64,000 bases of DNA, taken from IMG/VR virus record IMGVR_UViG_3300001605_000028, one strand, 5' to 3'. The DNA comes from an uncultured virus (IMG/VR IMGVR_UViG_3300001605_000028). Its lineage: Duplodnaviria > Heunggongvirae > Uroviricota > Caudoviricetes. The notes under the pieces are model-generated. The model ran no database searches, was not told where the DNA came from, and saw nothing but the letters and a program-made list of their open reading frames with translations. Position numbers and translations under genes: made by a program. Position 1 is the stretch's first letter. The number at the start of each line of letters is the position of its first letter. Shown in pieces: positions 10,901-21,700 of the stretch.

Positions 10901-12720
10901 TTGTTTAATGAAAATATAAAAATCCAAGGTAACTTGATTGAAACTACACAAAGTAACAGTGATCTAGAATTAGATGCTGCCGGAAGTGGTAGTGTTGTTT
11001 TCAAATCAAATTTAACAGTAGATACTAATCTAACAGCCGANTCAGAGGTATTTTTAACACGCTCGTCGNTGCTAGACCCTGCGTTAGATATTAACACCGA
11101 TGTTGAAGTACAAAATTNGTTCAANCAACCTATTACACAGGNCGGTGATCGAANTCAAACAGGAAACTTTGTTTTAGATGGNGAGTTAATCAACGATTCA
11201 GTATCTATAGTAAATTTTGAAAATATTAGAATCCAAAGTAATCAAATTACTACTACAGATTCTAACAGTGATCTAGAACTACGAGCAGCAGGTAGCGGAG
11301 TAGTACGTATACCGACTGAAGTTAACTTACTAGAAGATTTATCGGTTGTTGATACTATCTATCTTGACAATGTATCAGCTGATCGAATTATCGGTAACCT
11401 ACTGTCAAACGGTAATATTGTAGTAGCCGGTAATGTAATTAAAACTACAATCTCTAACAGCGATCTAGAACTACGTGCTAACGGAGCAGGAATTTGTTTT
11501 TAATTCCGTCTAATGACGCACAGATCACTAACGACCTATCTGTATTAGGCACGGTTACTGTTAAGGGCACAAATTTAGGTAATGTTGATCAGATAGGACC
11601 GTTAACTAGAACAGGAACAAGCCAACAGACTGGCACTTATTCTATTATCGGAAACTTATCAGCAAGTTCGGAAGCTAGATTCGATAACATTAACTTTGTT
11701 GGTAACAGAATATCTACAACTAACTCCCAGTCAAATCTAGATCTAGTAGCAGCCGGTATAGGTAATGTTGTCTTTGACGAAGAGCTGAGAATCACTGAAG
11801 ATTTATCAGTGGGTCAAACATTAACAGTCAATAGGATCGATGTTCAAACAACTACTGATGCTGATTCTTTGTTTAATGATGTTATTAGAATAAAAGACAA
11901 TTTCATCGAAACCACAGTCAGCAACGCCAATCTAAATCTAGTAGGAAACAACAACGGCGGAGTATTGTTTGAAACTCTGTTGTTTAAAGACAACATTATA
12001 TCGCCTTCGACAACAAACACCAATATAAATTTAAGTTTAATAAACAACAATATTTTAATTAACGGTTCAGCAGCAGTTAAAATTCCTGTAGGAACTACAG
12101 TTCAGCGTTCTACAGGGCTACAAGGCGATCTTCGATTTAACACAACTAGCGGGTTCTTTGAAGGATGGAATGTCGGACGAAAGCCACTAGGCGGCATTTT
12201 TTCGACTAATCTACAAACTAGTGTTAGAGTAACAGATACTAGTAATATTATTAATTTTGTTACTAACGGCATACCGTCGATGGAAATAACCGCAACAAAA
12301 TTAAGAACTAACGGTCTTCGAATTGATAACAATTTATTAATTGACGGAAATACGTTTAGTACAATCAGTAACACCAACATTAATATAACCCCCAGCGGTA
12401 CCGGAACAGTAATACTGGGGGACACTACAGTTACTGGTAATGAATTTTTAAATCTCAGTACCACTTTGCCAATGTCCTTTGCCCACACAGGGTTTGGATA
12501 TTTAAAATTTAACGCAACGACCGCTGTGGTAATACCTGTGGGCAATAATTCTAATAGACCCACATCGCCAGAAATTGGTGATCTGCGGTTTAACACTGAT
12601 TTGTCGATTCCTGAAGTTTTTAACGGAATCGCATATTCAACACTAGCCGGTGATTCGGTCACAGCAACCCTAGAGCAGATACAGGAATTAAACGAAATCT
12701 ACGCTATCCTGCTAGGGTAA
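7907..12720 (+). CDS. large tail-fibre/baseplate protein (about 1600 aa); frameshift in a T-run near 11490; paralogue of 12860
   Basis: TTG start after AAGGAG; LGRISGPMLKDNL N-terminus; pectin-lyase-like segment (IYPGEYEEIFPL, SRSPYIQN); many N-x-I-x-T-x-x-SNSDLEL-x-A-x-G-x-G repeats continue across ORFs 7907-11503 and 11494-12720. Confidence 0.75.
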
Positions 12721-12735
12721 TATTTCCAAAACGAA

Positions 12736-12859
12736 TAAATACTTGTGATTACAAGAGTGACCAACTTTTGTATGGCTAAACTGTGGTAAACCAGCAAAGA
12801 GCCTAGAAATAGGATGAAAATTTGGTTAACCGTGAAACACGGGGTCAAAAGGAGAGCGA
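12736..12859 (+). ncRNA. candidate structured cis-regulatory 5' leader RNA behind a late promoter
   Basis: TAAATA 12736-12741; four hairpins; loop TGACC (12758-12762) is complementary to GGTCA (12843-12847) just before the SD. Confidence 0.55.
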
Positions 12860-15800
12860 ATGAGCCAGCTTGGTCGTATTAGCGGTCCGCTCTTAAAGGC
12901 AAATCTTCTACGCCAAGGTGTAGATCTAGCCTTTGAGACAGACCTACTTTATCTTGATGTTAACAATCTCCGAGTTGGTATAAAAACAACTTCTCCTACA
13001 CACGACCTCCAAGTAGTTGGTACTACACGCACAACAAATTTAGAAGTTACTGACAGATTAGATGTTGGTAATTTTACAATTGAAAATAACACAATAACAA
13101 ATCGTCAAGGTGATATTACAGTACAGGTTCCCGACGGGTCTGCTGTTGTATCTTCAAAGTTTGTAATTGACAGCCTGGATATTTTTGACAATGTCATAGC
13201 CACAAATACATCCAATGCTAATCTAGAATTTCGTCCTAACGGAACAGGCCGTGTTGAAATTTACTCCGATGCTCGAGTTGAAGGAAATCTACATGTTACT
13301 GGCAACATTACCGCAGACGGAGATATTCAACTTGGGGATGCTAATACTGATTCTGTAAGTTTTAACGCCGATATAGCCAGCGATATTGTCCCCGATATCA
13401 CCGAAGAATACAGTCTAGGTATTGACGGCAAACGCTGGAATGATGTCTGGGCAAAAACTTTAATTGCTGATGCGATTTTAACTGAAAACGTAATCGTAGA
13501 CGGGGTTAATTTAGGCCTAAGACAGGGCAACATCTACTACGTAGCAGTAAATGGTAACGACTCATACTCGGGCACCCATCAAAATGATCCGTACCGAACT
13601 GTAAATTTTGCTCTAAGTCAAGCAACAGCCGGTGATACTGTTTACATCTACCCAGGCGAATATCAGGAACAATTTCCGTTAACTGTACCAGTCGGTGTCA
13701 CGGTCAAAGGCACCGGTATTAGATCAGTGGCAATCGTTCCAACTACTGCTACTAGATATAACGATGCGTTTTTGTTAAACGGAGAAACTACTGTAGAAGA
13801 TCTAACTGTAAAGGATTTCTTTTATGATAGTATAAACGATACTGGTCACGCTTTTAGTTTTGCTAGTAATTTTACAGTAACTTCAAGAAGCCCCTACATT
13901 AGAAATGTATCAGTACTGACTAAAGGAAGTGTAACCAGCTCCGGCGACCCATTAGGTTTTGATCAGGGCGATGCTGGTCGCGGAGCAAAGGCAGACGGCA
14001 GTTTAGTAAATGCTGCCAGCAAAGAAGCTTCAATGCTGTTCCATTCCGTAACATTTATTACTCCGGGTGCAGATGCGCTTAGATGTACCAACGGTGTTCG
14101 AATTGAGTGGTTAAATTCTTTCACATACTTTGCTAACAGGGGCATGTACCTCTATGACAGCAACGATGGTTTTGCCGGCGACGGTAAAACTCGAATTAAA
14201 ATTACCGATACTTCCGGAACATGGCAAGTTGGTGATACTATTACCTATTATGATGTTGACGGCACATCAGTATTAGCGTCGGGAGTTGTTGAAAGCATAG
14301 ACGGTGATTTTTATATCATCGATGGAAAAAGTTCTGGCTGGGAAACGCTAGAAAATCGAGCAGGTAAAACAGCAACCGTTTCGGGTAATGCTAGTTTAAG
14401 CACAGTTGAAAAGAAATTTGGCACAGCAAGTTTAGCATTAGACGGCAATGGTGATTATATAACCTATGCTAGCCAACCGGACTTTGCCTATGGCACTGAC
14501 GATTTTACCATCGAAGGTTGGTTTTATAGATTAGGTGATGCGTTAACACAGATCATTTATGATCAGAGGACAGCAACTCCACAGATTGCTCCGTTAATTT
14601 TTATCAACACATCTAACCAGTTGATCTACAATGTCAACGGAAATGCCAGGATAACAGGAACAACGGTTACTGCCAATGCTTGGAATCACTTTGCAGTATC
14701 TAAAAGCGGCACTAGTACAAGATTATTTTTAAATGGCACACAGATAGGCAGTACCTACACTGATGCTAATGATTATATCCAAGGTCCTGCTAGAATCGGA
14801 GCAAGGTGGGACGGTGTCAGCGGGTTCAATGGCTACATTGACGAAATCCGTGTAACAAAAGGCCTAGCNAGATATACTTCAAACTTTACAGCGCCGACNG
14901 CGGCGTTTACCAGCGATACTTCAACAGTATTACTACTACACTTTAACGGCNCTAACGGATCGACAGTTATNGTNGATGACGGAATCACCACTCAAGACAT
15001 ACGAACAAGTTCCGGTGGAACAGCATCAGTTATTGACCTAGCAGACTATTCCGACTTTGGAGCAGAACTTCGCAGTATCGGTTCAGCCTGCGTCTACGGT
15101 AACTTTGGCGCTGTTGGTGATGGCCCGGGAGTTATAGCCTATCTTATAGGACAGAATTTAGCATATATCGGTAACGGTAAATCGTCAACTAATGACCCTA
15201 ACACAGTTATACAAGCCAACGAAGTTGTTGAATTAAATTCAGCAAATCTTTACTATCAAAGTGTAGACCATAAGGGCGATTTTAGGATTGGCGATCAATT
15301 TTACGTCAACCAACAGACTGGTGAAGTTGTATTCAGTAATTCAGATATTTCCGTTCTTGGAAATATCACACTGACTGACGGCGCAAATACCACATTCATT
15401 GATGCTACAAAAATAGAAACTGGTAATTTTAGAATATCCGGAAACACTATTGAAACACTGTCAGGCGGAATAACTGTTTCAGCATTTAATAATCAAATTA
15501 ATCTGTTGAATAATGTAAGCATCGCAGGCGATTTAGAAGTCGTCGGAAATGTCACAGTTGGCGGCAATATCACTATTGGTGATCAAGATACTGATTCGTT
15601 AGATATCATTGCTAGAGTTAACAGCGACATTGTTCCGGATGCTACAGAAACTTATAATCTAGGCAGCGAGTCAAAATACTGGGACACTGTTTTTACAACT
15701 AAAGTAACCACAGACTCTATCGTAATTGATGACAACAGAATCTACACACGAAATTCAAACAGTAATTTAGAATTGTCAGCAGCCGGTACTGGTATTATTG

Positions 15801-17986
15801 CTATCGAACAAAACGATGTGATTGCCGATCAGGATCTAACAGTCAACGGCACAACTAATTTATCAAACACAGTAATTACAGGCTCACTAACACATACTGG
15901 TAATTTAACAGTTATAGGAAATACCACACAGACTGGAAATATCACAGTCAACGGTGACCTAACAGTCAGTGCTCTGGTTTTAGAAAGCATTTCTATCTTC
16001 CAGAACAACATTACCACGACGAATTCCAACGATGATCTACAACTAGAAGCCAGCGGCACTGGTAGAATTTATGTTCCAGAGAACGATGTGTTAATCGAAC
16101 GTAATTTAACAGTTAACGGTGTACTAACAGCCGCTCATATTGAAACTGAAGATACGCTGATAGCTCCTACAATTTCTAACGGTGACATTGAAATTGCTGG
16201 CAATTTAATTAGAACCACAGCATCTAACAGTGACCTAGAACTTTCTGTGAACGGTTCAGGAATTATTCGATTAGTCGACAGTGATGTATTAGTTGAACAA
16301 GACCTAACTGTTACAGGAACTACTACAGTTAATTCAACTGTTACAGTAACGGGCGTAATTAATCAAACCGGAGACTTTATACAGTCTGGTGACTTTACTC
16401 AAACTGGTGATTTCACCCTAGACGGCACCTTAACAGTTACTGAACAGGCACAGTTTGAAGACATTCGAATTGATCAAAATGTAATTACAACGACCTTAGG
16501 CAATAACGACCTAATACTACAGGCCGCAGGCACAGGTAATGTAATTGTTCCGCAAAATGATGTTGTAATAGAACAAAACTTAACCGTTGAAGGGGATGTA
16601 ATTGCTGGATCAATTGTAGTTGATCAATCTTTTTCTGCTCCGGTGTTAGGTACTGATGACATCATCATTGAAAATAATGTAATTAGGACCACTCTGTCCA
16701 ACAGCAATTTAGAATTGCGAGCCAATGGCACTGGTATAGTTTTAGTAACTGATGATAATGTAAGATTCGAACAGGATCTAACAGTCAACGGAGTTACTAC
16801 GATTGACAATTTATCAATCACAGGCCCAATAATTCAAACAGGCAATACTACTCATGTTGGAAATGTTAATCAAACAGGTAATTTTACATTAACGGGATTA
16901 TTTAATCTTGACGGAGTCGCTCAATACAGCGATATACGTGTCGAAACTAACATAATCAAAACCACAATCGGAAACAACGATTTAATATTACAGGCTGCTG
17001 GTTCGGGATTGATTACAATCCCGTTCAACGATGTTCAAGCAGCTAAAAATATGCTGGTTTCAGAAACAGTTACAGCTACTAGATTAGTAGTTAATTCAGA
17101 AATTTCATCACCGACATTCAGAACCAGTGCGATTAGAATCAATGGTAATCTAATAGAAACTACAGTATCTAACAGCAATTTAGAATTAAGAGCTAGCGGC
17201 ACTGGTGCTATAGAAATAGAACAGATAACAGTAAATCAAAATGTNATNGGAACTGTTAGCGGCCAAGACGTAGTGCTAGCGCCTACTGGTACAGGAATNG
17301 TTAACATTAATTCCACACAGTCAGTCAAACTTCCAGTAGGTTCGACCGCAGAACGTCCTGCGGGTCAAACTGGAATGATTCGATTCAACAACACTTTCAA
17401 CGGCTATGAAGGGTTCGATGGTGTTAATTGGAGAAGATTAGACGGAGTCTATGACCTAGATCAAAACACATACATCACAGCGGAATTAACACCGGGCGCA
17501 AACGACAACATAATTAGATTTTATGCCGACGGAGTTCAAATAGCTGAATTAAATTCTGCTAGATTAGATGTAGGTAACATAGATGTTGATTCGATTAATA
17601 TTGACGGTAACACGATTTCGTCAATTACTACAAACAGCAACATAGTATTTGCCCCAAACGGCGCAGGATCTACAGTTATCGGCAATTTTGCCTTCAGACA
17701 AAACACGATAACTAATATAGTACCAGACAGTGTTACATTGTTTAACCAAACAGGACCAAACGGATATTTTAAGTTTGCTGGTCCTACAGGATTTGTAATC
17801 CCATCAGGATTAGACTCTCAGCGGGGAGCATTTTTTGAGACAGGGATGCTACGTTATAACACCACAGATAATCGTGTTGAAGTGTTTAACGGAACAATAT
17901 GGATATCGGTAGCTGGCGCAGGTGGCGGTATCACGATTACAGAAGCTGAAGATCTGTCAATTAGAAACGCATTAATATTTGGATAA
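12860..17986 (+). CDS. large tail-fibre/baseplate protein with inserted LamG/ConA-like domain (1708 aa)
   Basis: LGRISGPLLKANL N-terminus; LamG motifs KFGTASL, DFTIEGWF, WNHFAVS, GYIDEIRVTKG; SNSNLEL repeats; PVGSTAERP...GMIRFN. Confidence 0.8.
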   Translation: MSQLGRISGPLLKANLLRQGVDLAFETDLLYLDVNNLRVGIKTTSPTHDLQVVGTTRTTNLEVTDRLDVGNFTIENNTITNRQGDITVQVPDGSAVVSSKFVIDSLDIFDNVIATNTSNANLEFRPNGTGRVEIYSDARVEGNLHVTGNITADGDIQLGDANTDSVSFNADIASDIVPDITEEYSLGIDGKRWNDVWAKTLIADAILTENVIVDGVNLGLRQGNIYYVAVNGNDSYSGTHQNDPYRTVNFALSQATAGDTVYIYPGEYQEQFPLTVPVGVTVKGTGIRSVAIVPTTATRYNDAFLLNGETTVEDLTVKDFFYDSINDTGHAFSFASNFTVTSRSPYIRNVSVLTKGSVTSSGDPLGFDQGDAGRGAKADGSLVNAASKEASMLFHSVTFITPGADALRCTNGVRIEWLNSFTYFANRGMYLYDSNDGFAGDGKTRIKITDTSGTWQVGDTITYYDVDGTSVLASGVVESIDGDFYIIDGKSSGWETLENRAGKTATVSGNASLSTVEKKFGTASLALDGNGDYITYASQPDFAYGTDDFTIEGWFYRLGDALTQIIYDQRTATPQIAPLIFINTSNQLIYNVNGNARITGTTVTANAWNHFAVSKSGTSTRLFLNGTQIGSTYTDANDYIQGPARIGARWDGVSGFNGYIDEIRVTKGLXRYTSNFTAPXAAFTSDTSTVLLLHFNGXNGSTVXXDDGITTQDIRTSSGGTASVIDLADYSDFGAELRSIGSACVYGNFGAVGDGPGVIAYLIGQNLAYIGNGKSSTNDPNTVIQANEVVELNSANLYYQSVDHKGDFRIGDQFYVNQQTGEVVFSNSDISVLGNITLTDGANTTFIDATKIETGNFRISGNTIETLSGGITVSAFNNQINLLNNVSIAGDLEVVGNVTVGGNITIGDQDTDSLDIIARVNSDIVPDATETYNLGSESKYWDTVFTTKVTTDSIVIDDNRIYTRNSNSNLELSAAGTGIIAIEQNDVIADQDLTVNGTTNLSNTVITGSLTHTGNLTVIGNTTQTGNITVNGDLTVSALVLESISIFQNNITTTNSNDDLQLEASGTGRIYVPENDVLIERNLTVNGVLTAAHIETEDTLIAPTISNGDIEIAGNLIRTTASNSDLELSVNGSGIIRLVDSDVLVEQDLTVTGTTTVNSTVTVTGVINQTGDFIQSGDFTQTGDFTLDGTLTVTEQAQFEDIRIDQNVITTTLGNNDLILQAAGTGNVIVPQNDVVIEQNLTVEGDVIAGSIVVDQSFSAPVLGTDDIIIENNVIRTTLSNSNLELRANGTGIVLVTDDNVRFEQDLTVNGVTTIDNLSITGPIIQTGNTTHVGNVNQTGNFTLTGLFNLDGVAQYSDIRVETNIIKTTIGNNDLILQAAGSGLITIPFNDVQAAKNMLVSETVTATRLVVNSEISSPTFRTSAIRINGNLIETTVSNSNLELRASGTGAIEIEQITVNQNXXGTVSGQDVVLAPTGTGXVNINSTQSVKLPVGSTAERPAGQTGMIRFNNTFNGYEGFDGVNWRRLDGVYDLDQNTYITAELTPGANDNIIRFYADGVQIAELNSARLDVGNIDVDSINIDGNTISSITTNSNIVFAPNGAGSTVIGNFAFRQNTITNIVPDSVTLFNQTGPNGYFKFAGPTGFVIPSGLDSQRGAFFETGMLRYNTTDNRVEVFNGTIWISVAGAGGGITITEAEDLSIRNALIFG

Positions 17987-17994
17987 GGTGAGAA

Positions 17995-18324
17995 ATGGCA
18001 ACGTTTTTTAAAAATAAAGTAGTTAACGAATTAGGAACAGCAGAACAGACGCTGATATCAACAACTCCAGCAAGTAGAGTTACTGTTATTGGAATGAGTT
18101 TCTGTAACCTAACTACCGCAGTGGTTAAAGCTAGCATTAAGCTAACGGACGCTACCAGCACATCGGGATTTTTCATAAAAGATGTAACGATTCCGCCCTA
18201 TCAAAGCCTGCGAGTCGTCAACGGGGGCGAAAAATTAGTAATGGCAGAAAGCAACAGCTTATCAGCATTTGCTGACGTTGCTAATTCGTTAGATGTAGTT
18301 GTTAGTTACGTTGAGATCGTTTAA
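17995..18324 (+). CDS. small fibre-associated protein (paralogue of 6645 and 31224)
   Basis: TVIGMSFCN...IPPYQSL...GGEKLVM...LDVVVSYVEI. Confidence 0.6.
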   Translation: MATFFKNKVVNELGTAEQTLISTTPASRVTVIGMSFCNLTTAVVKASIKLTDATSTSGFFIKDVTIPPYQSLRVVNGGEKLVMAESNSLSAFADVANSLDVVVSYVEIV

Positions 18325-18334
18325 GGGTTAGATC

Positions 18335-18694
18335 ATGACATATTATATTGGTGATTTAAGTATACAAGATTTGTTAGGAGAAGGTGTTCCTAGATATTTT
18401 TACGGACTCAGGAGAACTGACAACGGAGAGTTATACCTTGCTAAAGTAGATCAGATTAGAGCCGACGACACAATTACTATCAATAACTCTGGTACAGTAG
18501 ATGAAAACTATGAGAATTTTGAAACAGGTGTAGATTTTTTTGAAGGCAGGGATGTTAATCACAACCTAGTCTATGAAAACCTCAATTATGAACAGTATCG
18601 TTGGGATGGAAGAGCTTTGTTTTATTACATAGATGAAGATGGGCAGCTTGTGGTTAGAATTAACGAAAACTACGTGTATCCTACTGGTATATAA
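18335..18694 (+). CDS. conserved hypothetical phage protein
   Basis: Clean 119-aa ORF (YFYGLRRTDNGELY...YEQYRWD...YYIDEDGQLVVRIN) in the structural operon. Confidence 0.65.
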   Translation: MTYYIGDLSIQDLLGEGVPRYFYGLRRTDNGELYLAKVDQIRADDTITINNSGTVDENYENFETGVDFFEGRDVNHNLVYENLNYEQYRWDGRALFYYIDEDGQLVVRINENYVYPTGI

Positions 18695-18717
18695 ATATTA
18701 GAAATTAAGAGATTATA

Positions 18718-21700
18718 ATGGCAGAATTTAAATTAAGTAGACTAAAATTTACATGGAAAGGCGCATGGTCGCCGGTGACTCAGTATGTCAAAGATGATGT
18801 AGTAAGTTACGGAGCAAAAACTTATGTCTGCTTAGAAGGACACACCTCTTCGTCAAACTTTTACAACGAACTTAATAAGATAGAAACAGCTACTGAACCG
18901 GACACACCGGATCCGCAGTGGGAATTAATGTTCGATGGTTACGAATGGAGGGGCGATTGGTTACCTTCTACGTTTTACAAGCTAGGAGACATTGTAAAAT
19001 ACAACGGCATTGTTTACATATGCGTAGATCCTCACACATCGGATCCTTCGCTAGGCTTAGAATTTAATCAACTAGATTGGGTTTCTTATGCCAGGGGAGA
19101 CAAATGGAAAAACGATTGGGCACCATCAACAAAATATTCTGTAAATGATATTGTAAAATACTTTGGAATTTTATACAGATGTGTACAGCCGCATTTATCC
19201 GACAACACATTTTTGGGCGGGCTCGAATCAAACGAATTAAGTTGGGAAATATTAACTCCGGCTCAGGCATGGCGCACAAACTGGACTGTGGCAACTAGAT
19301 ATAGAAAAAATGATATTGTAAAATACGGTGCTTTTGTATATCGATGTGTGCTTGCTCACGTATCAGCAAACACCTTGGAAGACGGACTAGAAGTTGATCT
19401 TAATCAATTAGACAGCACACTATCCAAGTGGGAGATAGTTCATCAAGGCATCGATTATAAGTCTAGCTGGCTACCCGGAATCAAATATAAGTTAAACGAT
19501 GTTGTAAAATATGGTGCGTCTACATGGATCTGTACAGATTATCATGTATCTTTGGCTGCGTTTGATGACACTAAGTTCCAGGTATTTTTACCGGGATTTG
19601 AATACGACGAAGAATGGCAAGCGTCAGTAGTCTATCAAAAGGGCGATATTGTTAAGTACGGCGGCTACGCATATACCGCATTAGTTAATAGTGTCGGGGC
19701 GAATCCTAGAAGCAGTCCGATTGAATGGGAACTGTTGACCAAAGGTTTCAAAATTATGGGAGAATGGCAACCGGCTGTTACCTATAATATCGGTGATGTA
19801 CTAAGAAGAAGCGGACAAATATATGTTGCTCTAACAGATGCTTCGTCTGATCCTAACAATCCTGCTGCCGCTGCTGACTGGGAATTAGTTGTTCCCGGTG
19901 AAAAATGGTATAAAAAGTGGGCTGCTGTTCAGGACTACGCTATAGGTGACACGGTTGTTTATGTTGCGAATACCTATAGATGTGTAAAAGCACACGCATC
20001 TACAACACTAAATCGACCAGATGTTGATGTTAATGAAGAATTCTGGACTACTTTAATTGCTGGTGATCCTAATAACAGCTTACAGGATCAGGGAGATCTA
20101 AAAATGTTTGGAGTAACAGCTCCAGACAGGATCGCAATAGGAGTCAACGGACAGACCCTTTCAGTAACCAGTACTACTAGCGCTAGTTGGGATAATTTTG
20201 GTCAAACACAACAGGTATATTTTGTCGGCCCAGACGGTATAGATTCAGCAGATCAGGGAATATCGTTAGAAGCACCGTTTGCTTCTATAAGATATGCCTG
20301 TACTATCGCTATAGGCCCGGCAACAATTTTTGTTAAAGCAGGACTATATAGAGAAGAACTGCCTATTAGAATCCCCGCAGGGGTTGTTCTAGTAGGAGAA
20401 GAACTGAGAAGTACTGTAGTAGAACCATTGCTGGGATTTGAAACTGCTGACATGTTCTATGTCAGAAACGGCACAGGTATTAGAAACTTAACAGTCCGGG
20501 GATTAAACGGCACACTGGGCCCGCTCAATCAATATATAACACGTAGACCCACTGCCGGTGCGTATGTTTCGTTAGATCCGGGCAACGGGTCAAATGATAC
20601 TTCAGCATGGATTACTTCGAAGTCTCCGTACATTCAAAACGTGACCACATTCGGTAACGGGTGTGTGGGTCTTAAAATTGACGGCAGTTTACATGCCGGA
20701 GGCAACAGATCTATCGTTGCCAACGACTTTACACAGATCTTGTCAGATGGCATCGGTGTTTGGTGTACTAACAAAGGGTTGACTGAACTTGTTTCAGTGT
20801 TCTCATACTACGCTCACATAGGTTATCTAGCAGAAAATGGCGGTAAGATACGTGCCACCAACGGTAATAGTTCATACGGTACTTATGGAACAGTAGCCGA
20901 AGGAGTTGACGATGAAGAAATACCTTTAGAAGGTGTGATTAACAACCGGACACGTCAGGCACAAATTGCTACAGCGTTTTCTGGAGAAGCAAACGACGAA
21001 ATTTTAAAATTAGAATTTACTAACGCAGGCGAGAACTACACAACAGCAACATATACATTTGTTGGATCCGGTATCAATGCTGCGGTAATCGGTGACGAAT
21101 TCAGAGATGGCAGCATCTTTGAAACTAGGATATTAGACCCAATTGACGGATCAATACCGTTGGGCGGCGGTGGTTATATTAATACCGGTAACAATGCTCA
21201 GGCCGGCAATCCCTTTACAGTAACGCTGGCCACAAACGATCCTAACGATATTAGCATTTACCGAGGTCTGCGAGTTATTATACAGAGCGGGTCTGGGACC
21301 GGACAATACGGTTACATTGTCGGATATGATTCAGCAACGTCTAAAATTGCTAATGTTGCTAACGAATACTTTCAAGCATTAACAACCAACCAAACTAGCA
21401 GCACGAATGATATCATAACTGTAGCTAACACTGAAACTCTCTATGTAGATATGCCAGTTTATATAGATTTCAATCCGGTAAATCTAACAACAGTATCAAC
21501 AAGTGTTGATACAGATAGGATTACAGTGAGCAGTACCGCCGGTCTAGTGATAGGAATGCCTATAGTTTTTGTAAATCCTGTAGGAAATATTGCCGGAGCT
21601 ACGGTTTATTATATTAAGACTATACCTACGAGCAACACTATTCAAATTAGCGAAACAAACAACGGCAGTGTCTACAGTTTAATTAATTCAACGATAGCGA

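Noticed and set aside
11480..11510. Slippery-site frameshift (ATTTGTTTTTA) producing two fibre lengths
   Set aside because: The repeat unit G-x-G-x-V-x-I-P continues seamlessly once extra Ts are removed; this is consistent with homopolymer error, though reads would be needed to exclude it fully
12771..12815. c-di-GMP-I riboswitch or hammerhead ribozyme
   Set aside because: GGTAAACC and GCAAAG resemble c-di-GMP-I fragments, but the GAAA-capped P2 between them is missing, and there is no CUGANGA hammerhead core; kept as an unassigned structured RNA
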